Below, piece by piece: positions 44,508-54,790 of a stretch of 64,000 bases of DNA; position 1 is the first letter of the stretch, and each line of letters starts with the position of its first letter. The position numbers and the translations under genes were made by a program. The notes below the pieces were generated by a model that was not told the DNA's origin, made no database searches, and worked only from the letters and a program-made list of their open reading frames with translations. Source of the stretch: a virus (Duplodnaviria; Caudoviricetes). The stretch is taken from positions 64,001 through 128,000 of the IMG/VR virus record IMGVR_UViG_3300032270_000543; one strand, 5' to 3'.

Positions 44508-45076
44508 AGTCTTTTACTCAACATCTACGCGAAGCCGTGATCTCCAAGACCAAAGCCGTAAAGGGCGCACGGAAGCCACGCGGCTACAAGAAGACCGCAG
44601 AGAAGACTCTTGAAAAGTTGCGTGCTGAAACCACATGGGACGGCAAGAACTACGCTGCATACGATTCAACAGGGCACGACAACCCTGCGCCGCACTGGTT
44701 GGAGAAGTGGGGACTGCCGCCCACAACCGATGTACAGACGCTGCGCGGCTACTTGCCGCTGCTGTGGTGGTGGGACAACGGCAAGATCGTGGTGTACGAG
44801 ATTCCACCTGATGCCGATGCGCTTGGTGCCATGCACGGTGATCTGCCTGAATACCTTACTGCTGCAAAGAAGGCACGACACGCAAGCGGCATGACTGACT
44901 ATCAGGGTCGCGTGGATCGCTTCCGCAAAACTGTATCGCTCATCTCTGCGGCAACAGGACAGAATCTCCTGCGTGATCGCGCACTTCAGCGCGGCAAGAA
45001 CCGCGTCATCAACAATCTGGCGCGTATGTTCCCAGGCTACACGGTGATCGACATGGATACGGAGGGTGCAATATGA
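44504..45076 (+). CDS. Putative internal head protein
   Basis: MKSFTQHLRE start. Confidence 0.7.
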   Translation: MKSFTQHLREAVISKTKAVKGARKPRGYKKTAEKTLEKLRAETTWDGKNYAAYDSTGHDNPAPHWLEKWGLPPTTDVQTLRGYLPLLWWWDNGKIVVYEIPPDADALGAMHGDLPEYLTAAKKARHASGMTDYQGRVDRFRKTVSLISAATGQNLLRDRALQRGKNRVINNLARMFPGYTVIDMDTEGAI

Positions 45077-45882
45077 AGCGATTCGTGCAACACATGGACG
45101 AAAAGTGGTCGCAGAAATACAAGCGGTCAATTAATTGTTCACATCCCAAGGGATTCTCGCAACGAGCGCACTGCCAAGGACGCAAGATCCACGAAGGCTC
45201 ACATGACTTCAAGGATTTCAAAGATCCGTGGGCTGTGATGTCACCTGAAGACCGCAAAGAAGCAAATCGCCTGACAATCAAGATCCTGAAAACCATGCCC
45301 GCTTCACCACGGCAGCGAGAACTGCAAGCCAAGCGAGATGCAATTTTGAAGAAGTACGGGATTGGTCAGAAGAAAACCGTGAAAGAAGGCGTGGAACAAG
45401 GCGACACACCGCAGCCCAAACCCGAGTACTTTCGTAAGCCGTTCAACATCAGCGGCAAGATTGTGCAGTTGCATCCTGTGTTTGATATTCCCGTGAAGAC
45501 CAAGAAGTACAGGAACACGCGCTTCCGCATTGGAGAACGAGATGGGAAGAGTCCGTATGTGGATACTCCTGGTCAGAAAGCGTATGATGCCAAGATGAGC
45601 GTGTGGCGATGGCGTGTTCGCATTCAGACTGATGAAGGCTGGATGCTCATGGGCTACATTGGCACATCGGATCGCAAGGAAGGGTTGCCGCCCATTCGCT
45701 TGGGTGACACCGTTGAAGTCACTAATTTGAAGTTGTCGCAGATGACAGGCGGAAATCAGATGACCTACGCTGATTCGTGGGTAAAGGGCGGCTACACCAC
45801 ATACACGGACAAGGCTGTGGACTACCGCTCCGAAATTTTCTCTCGTCAACTGCACGGAAAGGTGAAGCGTAAAGCCGTATGA
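45073..45882 (+). CDS. Modular putative internal head protein
   Basis: MKRFVQHMDE; EKWSQKYKRSINCSHPKGFSQRAHCQGRK module; boundaries IHE, VKE. Confidence 0.7.
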   Translation: MKRFVQHMDEKWSQKYKRSINCSHPKGFSQRAHCQGRKIHEGSHDFKDFKDPWAVMSPEDRKEANRLTIKILKTMPASPRQRELQAKRDAILKKYGIGQKKTVKEGVEQGDTPQPKPEYFRKPFNISGKIVQLHPVFDIPVKTKKYRNTRFRIGERDGKSPYVDTPGQKAYDAKMSVWRWRVRIQTDEGWMLMGYIGTSDRKEGLPPIRLGDTVEVTNLKLSQMTGGNQMTYADSWVKGGYTTYTDKAVDYRSEIFSRQLHGKVKRKAV

Positions 45883-46625
45883 TAGACTTCCGTTCATATC
45901 TCACCGAACTGTTTGACACAAAGTTTTCCCTGCACAGCATGGGCTACAACCAATTCATTTTTCATGTGCAGGAAAAAGACGGTCGCTTGATGCCTGTTCC
46001 TGATCGTGGAAGCAAACTCACGCAGTGGGTGGAAACGGAATTGGGAGTCACGCCAGAGAATCACTTTGACAGTCTGCATAAGTTCTACACAAAAAAAGCA
46101 AGAGTGTATGTGTACTCGGTGGAGTTTACTCCACTTGTGCAGATCCGAAACGAATACCCTGAATTTTTGCTGTTCTACGGTTTGGAGCCTGACGGCATCT
46201 ACGAGTTGTCGTTTTCTCGCCACGCAACATCGCTTGAGCGTATGCCGCCTCGTCCGTATCCAGTTGGCTCAAAACCCAAAGACATCAGCAAGTTCTATTG
46301 GAAATTTGATAGCGGCGGCACGGACGAAGACCTGAACTGGTTGAGTACAGGCGGCGCGGCTTCCGTGCTTGGCGCGGTGGTGGACGCTTCGCGTGAATTC
46401 GTCAAGAACAACCATCCCGTTCGCGGAATCATCATTGGAACCAAGACCAGTGCCAATCCTGCGCGTGGTCGCATCTACAAAGCACTTGCGCGTAAAGCAG
46501 CCGCCGCAGTGGGCGGCACGGTGCATGAGTTGGACATTGCGCGTGAGGGCATGGCAGCACCCACCATTGTTTGGTTGGACAAACAGCACAAGTTTGGTGA
46601 GTTGTATCAGGGAGGTAAAGCGTGA
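45879..46625 (+). CDS. Putative internal head protein (LTELFD family)
   Basis: MIDFRSYLTELFD; paralogous to N-terminus of next gene. Confidence 0.7.
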   Translation: MIDFRSYLTELFDTKFSLHSMGYNQFIFHVQEKDGRLMPVPDRGSKLTQWVETELGVTPENHFDSLHKFYTKKARVYVYSVEFTPLVQIRNEYPEFLLFYGLEPDGIYELSFSRHATSLERMPPRPYPVGSKPKDISKFYWKFDSGGTDEDLNWLSTGGAASVLGAVVDASREFVKNNHPVRGIIIGTKTSANPARGRIYKALARKAAAAVGGTVHELDIAREGMAAPTIVWLDKQHKFGELYQGGKA

Positions 46626-47977
46626 ACACATTTCGCTCCTATCTCACTGAACTGTTTGATCGTCCGCTTCCTGTGCGTGAAATGAAGCGGATCGGTCACG
46701 GCATGACAACCATTGAAGTCACCTATCAGGCACAGACCGAAAACGGTCAGTACCTGAACATTGATATTACAAAGATCAACAACGGGTGGGAGATCAACTT
46801 CACGCTTGACGGCTCACATGAACTCACCCACGCAGGCAAGCCGTACCGCATACTGGCAACGGTGATTGAAGCCGTAAAGATGTTCTTGAAGTGGCATACC
46901 GAAACATTTGAGGAATTGCCCAAACAGTTTGACATGGTGTCCAAGACATCCGAAGGCAAGCGCGATGCCGTTTACAGTGCCATGATGCGGCGGTTTGGCA
47001 AGCAGTACGGTTATGAGATCACAGATCGCATGGTGAGCGGTCAAGGACCGCTTCAGAACAAGCGCACGGTGACCACGGCTAAACTGGCTGTGCTACCGTG
47101 GAGCAAAGTGGAAGCGTCTGCCCATCCACCCAAGGGCATGAAGTGGAAAGATCCGCTCAATCCACTGCGCGGCATGATTCCTGAATCAAAGGAAGCACGC
47201 AAGGCTCTGCGCGTATTTGATTTTGATGATACCCTCGTACACACCAATGCTCCTGTGGGCGTTGTTCGTGACGGCAAGCAAGTACGCAAACTCACTTCCA
47301 TGAAGTTCAGGGAGTATTTGCTGCAACCAGGCGAGTCATACGATTTCAGTGCAGCAAACGAAGTTGTTGATCCTCGTCCCATCGGTGCAGTGCTGAAAGT
47401 GCTGCGTCAGGTGATTGCACAGGGAAAGAAAACCGTGATTCTCACGGGACGAGCAGACGGAAACGCTGTTCGTGAATGGCTCAAAACCATCGGCATCAAC
47501 ATTGAAGTGTTTACCGTGGGACACAAGGAAGCCACGCACACATCAATTGCACAGCGAAAGCGTGATTGGTTGGTGGCTGCAATCCAACAAGGCTATAACG
47601 ACATTGAGTTCTGGGATGACAATGCAAAAAACATTGAACACGCCAAAACACTGAAGACGGATTTCCCCCACATCAAGTTGCGGACACGGCTTGTGAAATA
47701 CAAGTCGAAGCAGGGCGTACACGAAGAGCGGGACTACAAAGCCGAATATCAAAAAATGTACGGCGGCGACAACCCCACGCCCAAGCAGCGCAAAGCCATG
47801 AAGAAGAAAACCGCACGGAAGCGTGTGCTGCGGCGCATGGGGCGAGAAGGCAACAGCACAGACGGCAAGGAGATTGACCACAAGAACGGCAACGCACTGG
47901 ACAGCCGCCCGTCCAACCTGCGTTTGGTGTCCCGCCACACCAACCGCTCCAAAGACAACAACAAGTGGCGTAAGTAG
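46622..47977 (+). CDS. Three-module protein: LTELFD domain + HAD phosphatase-like + HNH-like
   Basis: VFDFDDTL, ILTGR, FWDDNAKNI (HAD); EIDHKNGNALDSRPSNLRLVSRHTNRS (HNH). Confidence 0.8.
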   Translation: MNTFRSYLTELFDRPLPVREMKRIGHGMTTIEVTYQAQTENGQYLNIDITKINNGWEINFTLDGSHELTHAGKPYRILATVIEAVKMFLKWHTETFEELPKQFDMVSKTSEGKRDAVYSAMMRRFGKQYGYEITDRMVSGQGPLQNKRTVTTAKLAVLPWSKVEASAHPPKGMKWKDPLNPLRGMIPESKEARKALRVFDFDDTLVHTNAPVGVVRDGKQVRKLTSMKFREYLLQPGESYDFSAANEVVDPRPIGAVLKVLRQVIAQGKKTVILTGRADGNAVREWLKTIGINIEVFTVGHKEATHTSIAQRKRDWLVAAIQQGYNDIEFWDDNAKNIEHAKTLKTDFPHIKLRTRLVKYKSKQGVHEERDYKAEYQKMYGGDNPTPKQRKAMKKKTARKRVLRRMGREGNSTDGKEIDHKNGNALDSRPSNLRLVSRHTNRSKDNNKWRK

Positions 47978-48066
47978 TATTTTTGAATCGTCAGGTCTTT
48001 CCGCTCCGACACGCTGGCATTACTAAATAATGCTGACAAGCCAAAATCACTCAAAGGAGAACTCTT

Positions 48067-48795
48067 ATGGCATTCACAGCAGGATCAGTAGAACTCGCAA
48101 AGGCACAGAAACTCGGCAACCAACTCTCTCACTTGTTTAGTTCGCACGGACTGACGGGTGCTGTTGGCTCCACAGGAGCCAGAATGTTGGAGAAGTACGC
48201 GAAGAAACTCGGATTCGGTATCACTGGTCTTACCAGTGGTACTGCATTCCCCCCATTCGGAACCGCCAACTCCACTCTCGGACTCGGAATTGAGGCTGCT
48301 TTGCAGAATCCTCGCGGCGAAACAATGGCAAGCGGATTCAGCCTCGGCGCGTTCGAAGGACAGACTGTTGGTATCTACCTGAAGAAGTTCGTGAACAGCG
48401 GAGCAGGCTACAAGGCTACTCTCCGCACAGGTGTCACGCTCTCGGTTGGAGCCACAAGCGGCGCGGGAACCACATTCGTGGCTCGCGGTCCTGTTGCCGT
48501 GTCCACCTACGACACACTTGACTTCGGTGACGGAGTTCTGTACACCGTTCGCGGATTCACCGCCGCTGCCACAGGAGAAACCGCACACATCGGTGTGTGG
48601 AACACAATCACATCCACATACGCCACGGGTTCTGCGTTCACGGTTCTTGCGAACGGAATCACTCGCGGAACAAGCGGAGTTGCTGGTTCCACCTCCGAGT
48701 CGTACACCAGAGGAAACCTAGTGAATGGTGGATACACCGCTGCGGTCTTCTTTGGCAACCCAGCAGGCGGAAGCGCGTACTTCGCGGTTTCGTAA
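48067..48795 (+). CDS. Gly/Thr-rich structural protein
   Basis: CTAAATA late promoter, AAGGAG SD, strong codon bias. Confidence 0.65.
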   Translation: MAFTAGSVELAKAQKLGNQLSHLFSSHGLTGAVGSTGARMLEKYAKKLGFGITGLTSGTAFPPFGTANSTLGLGIEAALQNPRGETMASGFSLGAFEGQTVGIYLKKFVNSGAGYKATLRTGVTLSVGATSGAGTTFVARGPVAVSTYDTLDFGDGVLYTVRGFTAAATGETAHIGVWNTITSTYATGSAFTVLANGITRGTSGVAGSTSESYTRGNLVNGGYTAAVFFGNPAGGSAYFAVS

Positions 48796-48801
48796 TAGCA
48801 A

Positions 48802-49284
48802 ATGTCAGATGAGTTTGATTTTGGCTTCACGGCGGTAACAGGGGAGGAGTTGGGTTTGGTGGCAACACCACCGACTCCTCCCCCGCCTTCCGTTTCACCT
48901 GATGCCATAGCAAACATCACAGCACAAATTGCTGAACTAAAGAATGCAGTTGCGGCTATCAAGCCTGTTTCCGCATCACAGATCACTCGCGTGGAAGAAA
49001 AGATTGATCGTGTACTCAATATGGAACTGCATGAATTGAATGCAGCAGTGCAAAGCCAAGGCGAAAATCTGTCGTCCGTGCTTGACGAGGTTGAAGAACG
49101 CGCCAATGCCACACGGGAAGAGTGCAAAGAAAAATTGCAAGCCGTGGAGAAGATGATTCTGCCTCTCCTAACTAATCTTATGAAGAATCCCGAAAAGCCG
49201 TACATCAAATGGGAAGGTCGTGCAGAAAAGATTGCTGCACAGATTGATAAGATAACAGCCATCACACGCAGTTACGGAGTCTGA
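48802..49284 (+). CDS. Conserved T4-like phage hypothetical protein
   Basis: DFGFTAV..EL N-terminus; ILPLLTNLMKNPEKPYIKWEGR. Confidence 0.8.
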   Translation: MSDEFDFGFTAVTGEELGLVATPPTPPPPSVSPDAIANITAQIAELKNAVAAIKPVSASQITRVEEKIDRVLNMELHELNAAVQSQGENLSSVLDEVEERANATREECKEKLQAVEKMILPLLTNLMKNPEKPYIKWEGRAEKIAAQIDKITAITRSYGV

Positions 49285-49286
49285 AC

Positions 49287-51617
49287 ATGGAAGACCTAGA
49301 GCCATACAAGAGCCTACGCACAATCATTTTCGAAATTCAGGAGGCTGCGGCTGTTGCTGCTGCTCCAAAGAAGCCAGCACCAAAGGCTTCGCAACAATCA
49401 TCACAGCAGAATGCTCCGCAATCAGCGCACAGACCAGGCGAATCATGGGAAACGGCTAGTGGCTGGGCAGCAATGAACAAAGACGGTGTGAAGGAATACG
49501 GATTCTCGGATGAAAAAGCAGCAAAGTCTTGGGCAACAGGCACAGGACCAGGCACGGGCAAGAGTGGCGAGGGTATGGATACCTCTCGTCCTGTTCAGTT
49601 GGACAAGAATGGTGAAAAGCAGAAACCAACAGGAGCAGCACAACCGAATGCAACACCCACAGCAGCCGCAGGAGCAAAACCCGCAGCACCTCAACCCGCA
49701 GGAGGAGCCGCCCCTAAAGCGCAAGCGGCAGCCAGTGATACGCAGCGTACAGCACAACCGCAAGGTAGCCAAAAAGGTGCAGAACAAAAGCCTGCACAAG
49801 CGCAACAGCAGCCAGCGGAAGATCCAGAAGTAAAGTCTGTAACAGGAGAAGATCCGCAGTCCGCGTTTGACGCTCAAGGGCAGGGCGAGACTGGCAAGGA
49901 CAACGCTGGTTTCAAGAAGACGGGCAAGAAGGCAAAGTTCAAGACCGAAGAAGACAAAGCCAAGAGTGTCCGAAAGTCTAAAATGCTTGCTTCGGCAATC
50001 AAGAGCGGAAAGATGACTGGTCCGCAGGACGATTCCGAATCGCTCACTGGCAATGCGGAAGCAGAACGCGCTTATGTCGCGGAACTGAACCACGCTGCTC
50101 TGCAATCGGGAATGGGTGGAGATGTGATCGACCACGAACCGTGTTCAAAGATGTTTGCTGCACTGGGCTTTTGCTACGACAAGGAAGGCAAGCAAACGGA
50201 CAAGGGCATCAAGCGTCCCGAAATGCCGCAGTTGTCAGGAATCGTTGATACAGACAGAACGGACTCTGTTGCATACAAGGAAGCACTGAAGCAAGCCAAG
50301 CGTAAGAAGGCAGCAAAGGACAAGTTCAAGACCAACGATCCCACGAAGGATCAGTTGAAAGAAGTGTCCGATGACGAGATTGCTGCTGCACAGCCATCAA
50401 ACGAAGAGACTGGATCTGAAGAAGTAAACTTCGAAGAAAAGTTCATTGAAGCACTGAAGAACGCGGGCTATGATGTAGAGGAAACAGAAGTCAATCCTTC
50501 CACACTCAAGCCCATTCAGACAGAGATGCAGGGATCAAAGATTGCAGGAATGTACAGCACCATTGCTGCTGCTGAAGTTGACCCACAGACATACGGCAAA
50601 GAAGCCGAGCGTCTGAAGGCTCCCATTTTTACATCGGGAGGTCATGTGATTGACGGTCACCACCGTTGGGCTGCCATGATTGGTGCAGACATGGCAAATG
50701 GCAGGGGCACAGACATGAGGATGAAGACACGCAACATCAAGAAGGGCGGCAAGGATGTTGACATTGACGAGATGGTTGCGTTCTCCAACGCATTCCAACA
50801 CGCAATGGGAATCACGAATCAAGACCGCAACAGCAAGCCTACTCGCAAGAATTTCTCCGATGCGGAATTGAAGACATCGGAAGAGATTGCCAAGGGACTC
50901 GGCATCAAGGAAAACAAGCCACAGGCAAAACCACAACCACAGAAGGAATGGACCATGAGCAAGTTTGGCGCAAAGCGTATGCAGAACCTTGTCGAATCCC
51001 TGAACGAAGCCGCCAAAGCCAAGTTCAAGAAGCCGCGCATCGCAAGCGATGAGCCTGATACATTCGGTGGCGCACCACTAGAGAAGTCCAAGGCTTCGGT
51101 TGGTGGAAAGATGGGCATCAAACCCATCAGCATTGCACAGCAGGTCACCCGCGATGCTCGTTCTGAACTCGCTGTGAAGAACAATGAGAAGACCGCAGCC
51201 GATCTTGTTGCAACGATGGACAAGAAACCTGAAGGCACCACATTTGAAATCTACGGCAAGAAGAACGGCAAAGAAACATCCGTCAAGGTAAAGAAGGTGC
51301 GCTACATGGGCAGTGTGGTGTACATGGTTGGAACCAATCAAGTCGAACTGCGCGTTGCGGGTACAGGACTTCAGATCATCAACAAGAAGACTAATCGTAT
51401 GCTGCTTGACCGTGGTGCAGACCTGATTTGGGAAAGCGCAGACTTGTGTGATGTCGGTATGATCTCCATCACAGAGGCAGAATCAAAGATGCCCAAGAAT
51501 CGTAAAATGAACGATTGGGATTTGATGTATGTGGATGACTACAAGCGGAAACTCATGGACAAGAAACTCGCTGCACAACAGGCTGAACGCGCAAAGGGAA
51601 ACACGCCGAAGAAGTGA
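49287..51617 (+). CDS. Large modular protein with ParB/Sulfiredoxin-like domain
   Basis: RPEMPQL, LKPIQTEM, PIFTS.GHVIDGHHRWAA. Confidence 0.75.
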   Translation: MEDLEPYKSLRTIIFEIQEAAAVAAAPKKPAPKASQQSSQQNAPQSAHRPGESWETASGWAAMNKDGVKEYGFSDEKAAKSWATGTGPGTGKSGEGMDTSRPVQLDKNGEKQKPTGAAQPNATPTAAAGAKPAAPQPAGGAAPKAQAAASDTQRTAQPQGSQKGAEQKPAQAQQQPAEDPEVKSVTGEDPQSAFDAQGQGETGKDNAGFKKTGKKAKFKTEEDKAKSVRKSKMLASAIKSGKMTGPQDDSESLTGNAEAERAYVAELNHAALQSGMGGDVIDHEPCSKMFAALGFCYDKEGKQTDKGIKRPEMPQLSGIVDTDRTDSVAYKEALKQAKRKKAAKDKFKTNDPTKDQLKEVSDDEIAAAQPSNEETGSEEVNFEEKFIEALKNAGYDVEETEVNPSTLKPIQTEMQGSKIAGMYSTIAAAEVDPQTYGKEAERLKAPIFTSGGHVIDGHHRWAAMIGADMANGRGTDMRMKTRNIKKGGKDVDIDEMVAFSNAFQHAMGITNQDRNSKPTRKNFSDAELKTSEEIAKGLGIKENKPQAKPQPQKEWTMSKFGAKRMQNLVESLNEAAKAKFKKPRIASDEPDTFGGAPLEKSKASVGGKMGIKPISIAQQVTRDARSELAVKNNEKTAADLVATMDKKPEGTTFEIYGKKNGKETSVKVKKVRYMGSVVYMVGTNQVELRVAGTGLQIINKKTNRMLLDRGADLIWESADLCDVGMISITEAESKMPKNRKMNDWDLMYVDDYKRKLMDKKLAAQQAERAKGNTPKK

Positions 51618-51625
51618 GGTGAATC

Positions 51626-52531
51626 GTGGCAGACGCAAAACTTGATCCCCGTGAATTCAAAATGGCTGGTGATGCCATTACATTCACGGAGTACAAGAAA
51701 AGATTGAATGCTGGTATCTCAAAGATGCCAAAGGATCTTGGTTTATACCTTGATCTGTTGATTGGTTATTTGAATGGCGAAAAAGTTTCGGACGATGACT
51801 TGAAGAAAGCCCTCTCCAAACCCTCTGTGGTTTTGCACAAGAGAAAGATACTTACAGACTTCGGTGAGACACTTGGTCCTTTAGGTATCGTCAGGTTCAA
51901 GTTGTTTGATGGCACACCCGCAAACATAATGATCAGATATCCCACTCGTCAGAATGAGGGTATGTACGACTACATGATGTCTTTCAACAAAGGTAAAAAT
52001 TGGAGAAAGATATCGGCAAAGGCAAAGACAGGAAAGTCGAACACGGTCAAGCCAGGAGACATACTCAAACTCCTTGAGGGTGCAACCATTCCAACAGAAT
52101 TGAAAACTGCATACGAATTCGTCAAGATCATTTCGGAAAACACCACTAACGAAGGCTCACAGATTGCTATGAAGTTTTTGCAGTCAAAGGGTGTTTCAGG
52201 AATACCATCCAAGAAATTTGACAAAAAAGTTCTGTGTGAAACAGTGTTTGAAGACATCACAAAGGACACAGGCAATCGTTTTGGCAATCAGATGAATGAT
52301 CTTTTCTGGTTGGCTATTGAGAATGGAGAACTGAACTTCATCAAATTCGGATTGCATGGCGGCACACCAATCTATGATCGTGTCAATGACGGCATAGATG
52401 TTGTGTTCGAGGACGGTAAAAAGATGAAGCGTGTGGCAAACAAAGAAGACATCAAGCCGCGAGTGTATTTCAGAGGCAAGGGACGCGAGGCGGGAGAGAA
52501 GCGGGCAGAAAAGCCAGGATTCCAAACATGA
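51626..52531 (+). CDS. PD-(D/E)XK restriction-endonuclease-like protein
   Basis: DFGETLGP...PTRQNEGMYDY...KISAK pattern; visibly more AT-rich than neighbours. Confidence 0.5.
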   Translation: MADAKLDPREFKMAGDAITFTEYKKRLNAGISKMPKDLGLYLDLLIGYLNGEKVSDDDLKKALSKPSVVLHKRKILTDFGETLGPLGIVRFKLFDGTPANIMIRYPTRQNEGMYDYMMSFNKGKNWRKISAKAKTGKSNTVKPGDILKLLEGATIPTELKTAYEFVKIISENTTNEGSQIAMKFLQSKGVSGIPSKKFDKKVLCETVFEDITKDTGNRFGNQMNDLFWLAIENGELNFIKFGLHGGTPIYDRVNDGIDVVFEDGKKMKRVANKEDIKPRVYFRGKGREAGEKRAEKPGFQT

Positions 52532-53070
52532 AACCATTCAAAGACCTACGCGACCACGCATTCGGATCACTTCAACGAATCATGTTTGAAGAGTTCGATG
52601 CTGAACTCACCGAAGAGCAGATCGTTCTTGATATGCCCAACTTCTCGCGTGAGGATGTTATTGATTATTTGGATGAGAATGAGGTTGAATGGGAAGAGAA
52701 GGACGGTATCATCTACATCTTAGATCCTGTAGAAGAAGCAGAGATCACAATTGAAGATGACGAAAACGAAGAAGAGATTGAAGAGTCTATGGACATCGAA
52801 AGCGAAATGCTGAACGAGGTCGCAGCCAAGCGTAAGATCGTGGTTCGTAGAGGACGCAAGAGGATACTGTTCAAGTGTGCGCCTGGCTTCAAGAAAAAAG
52901 GTCCGCGAGTTTGTGTTCGTAGAGCAACAAGTCAGTTGCGTAAAATGAAATTCCGTGCTAAACGAGCAGCAAGAAAGGCTCGTAGCAAAAAGGCTCAAGC
53001 ACGCAGAAAGCGCAAGATGTCCATGAGAAAGCGGCTCACATTCGGGCTGCGTCCCCGCAAGAAGAGGTAA
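52528..53070 (+). CDS. Prohead core-like protein (acidic N-half, very basic C-half; gp68-like)
   Basis: LNE boundary then KRKIVVRRG...CAPGFK...RAARKARSKK. Confidence 0.55.
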   Translation: MKPFKDLRDHAFGSLQRIMFEEFDAELTEEQIVLDMPNFSREDVIDYLDENEVEWEEKDGIIYILDPVEEAEITIEDDENEEEIEESMDIESEMLNEVAAKRKIVVRRGRKRILFKCAPGFKKKGPRVCVRRATSQLRKMKFRAKRAARKARSKKAQARRKRKMSMRKRLTFGLRPRKKR

Positions 53071-53073
53071 AGC

Positions 53074-53886
53074 ATGATTCAACATGAGAAGACCGACAAT
53101 GGTGGGTCGGTTCGCGTGAAGTCGCCCGAAGGATTTTCCACCGTCCATTTCACATACTCCAATCCTGATTCTCCGCTGTCACTGTGGTGCAGCGTAAGTG
53201 CGGGATCATTGCCCCATCTGTCATCAGCAGTGGTCAGCAGCCTTGTGGAACGATATGCTCCATCTGTTTTGTTGGTGGAAAGTGACCGCACGGAGATTCG
53301 ATACGCACCAAAGATTGGCTCTCTGTTTCGTTGTTGGACACACGGCAAACAATCTGTATTAGCAGAAGCGTTCTCTTCACGCGATATGTTTAATCGTGTG
53401 TGCAGTCTATCCTATGCCATGCAGAATACGGATTTCGTGCGCGTGGAAGGTGATGAAATGAAACTGTATGGATATCATGCAGTGCTTTCAAAACTGCGAG
53501 AGAACACAATGCCTTTCGAGTTCTTAAACCTGAAAGAGGAGTGCGATCACAGCATCAAGTTCGCATCAGCGAAATGTGTAGAGCGAATCACTGCTGCCGC
53601 TATTGCTGCTCTTCCTACTTTACCAAAATCACAATACAAACGGTTTGATCAAGCACTGCACGAAATATCAGTCAGGCAGCAAGGTGAACGGGGGTTCGAC
53701 ACCCGCTACTCGTATATTCAAGAAGTGGTGACTGCTGTTCTGTTGCCCGCCGTTGTGCGATTCGGCAGCGATCACCCCTTCACGCAAACAGTATTTGCAG
53801 AGTTTTCGGATAGTGCTTCCATATATGTGAAAGCGTGTGAGGACTTCCTGACAGAACATGGTGAAATAGACGATTCGTTTTCATAA
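53074..53886 (+). CDS. Hypothetical protein
   Basis: ORF track, in operon. Confidence 0.65.
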   Translation: MIQHEKTDNGGSVRVKSPEGFSTVHFTYSNPDSPLSLWCSVSAGSLPHLSSAVVSSLVERYAPSVLLVESDRTEIRYAPKIGSLFRCWTHGKQSVLAEAFSSRDMFNRVCSLSYAMQNTDFVRVEGDEMKLYGYHAVLSKLRENTMPFEFLNLKEECDHSIKFASAKCVERITAAAIAALPTLPKSQYKRFDQALHEISVRQQGERGFDTRYSYIQEVVTAVLLPAVVRFGSDHPFTQTVFAEFSDSASIYVKACEDFLTEHGEIDDSFS

Positions 53887-53924
53887 ATACTTGTATCATC
53901 CCTACATACTAACAGGAGACTACC

Positions 53925-54104
53925 ATGAGCAACATGAGACAATACCTTGCGTGGGTTCAGCAGAATCAGAAAAACAATCCAGCATGGCGCGATGCCAATG
54001 TGTGGCAGAATCGTCATCAAAGCAAGGTTGACGAGCAGAAAAAGCCACAACCAAATCAGTTGCCTGAAGGCACGGAGATTGTGGAAGAGAAGCCCGAAGA
54101 ATAA
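53925..54104 (+). CDS. Small hypothetical protein (59 aa)
   Basis: MSNMRQYLAWVQQNQK..; AGGAG SD and TAAATA/TACATA boxes. Confidence 0.65.
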   Translation: MSNMRQYLAWVQQNQKNNPAWRDANVWQNRHQSKVDEQKKPQPNQLPEGTEIVEEKPEE

Positions 54105-54106
54105 AC

Positions 54107-54775
54107 ATGAAGACCTTTCAGCATGAACTAGTGACGCTAGACGAAAACATAGAAAGCGTAGAAAGCGGCAACGGCAGGAGGTATCAGACCCCTGACGGTC
54201 TTTTTCCGTCTGTGACCACCGTGACAGGATGGAAGAAGCGAGCATTTTTTGCAAAATGGCGGCGCGACAATCCTGAAGAATCCAAGCGAGTACTATCCCG
54301 TGGCACAAAACTACACGCTATCATCGAAACCTATCTCAAAAACGATCTTACGCCAAATACGCTCTCTGAGGCGGCGGGGACCAGTGAGGCGGATCTTTTT
54401 CTGTCCATGCAGTCAGATATTGATCGCATCGGGAAGATTTACGCCATCGAAGTGCCGCTGTGGTCGAAGAAGATCGGCTTGGCTGGACGAACGGACTGCA
54501 TTGGTGAATTCGATGGAGTGCCGTCAGTCATTGACTTCAAGTCATCGAACTATCCAAAGTCAGAGGACGCCATTCAGGACTACTTCATGCAGGCTACCGC
54601 TTACGCGCTCATGTGGCAGGATCGCACGGGTCAGCAGTTGCGAAATATTGCCATTCTGATCGGTGTAGAGGACGGAGGCTGTCAGGTGTTCACCGCTGAT
54701 CCAATGGACTATGTTCCTGATTTGGTGGAAGCAATACAGACTTATCGTGCGGAGCAACCTGTCCGCGTTTCCTAA
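54107..54775 (+). CDS. PD-(D/E)XK exonuclease (T4-like cyanophage type)
   Basis: RRYQTPDG.FPSVTTV, RGTKLH, LAGRTDCIGEFDG..SVIDFKSS, YFMQATAYA. Confidence 0.9.
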   Translation: MKTFQHELVTLDENIESVESGNGRRYQTPDGLFPSVTTVTGWKKRAFFAKWRRDNPEESKRVLSRGTKLHAIIETYLKNDLTPNTLSEAAGTSEADLFLSMQSDIDRIGKIYAIEVPLWSKKIGLAGRTDCIGEFDGVPSVIDFKSSNYPKSEDAIQDYFMQATAYALMWQDRTGQQLRNIAILIGVEDGGCQVFTADPMDYVPDLVEAIQTYRAEQPVRVS

Positions 54776-54790
54776 ATACGGAAGCGGAGG

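Noticed and set aside
47700-47977. HNH segment as a mobile homing endonuclease or intron
   Set aside because: Short in-frame module after a VHEE site with no intron structure; better explained as a fused module
54107-54775. Cas4 indicating a CRISPR system
   Set aside because: Lacks the Cas4 four-cysteine cluster; matches the common T4-like exonuclease; no array
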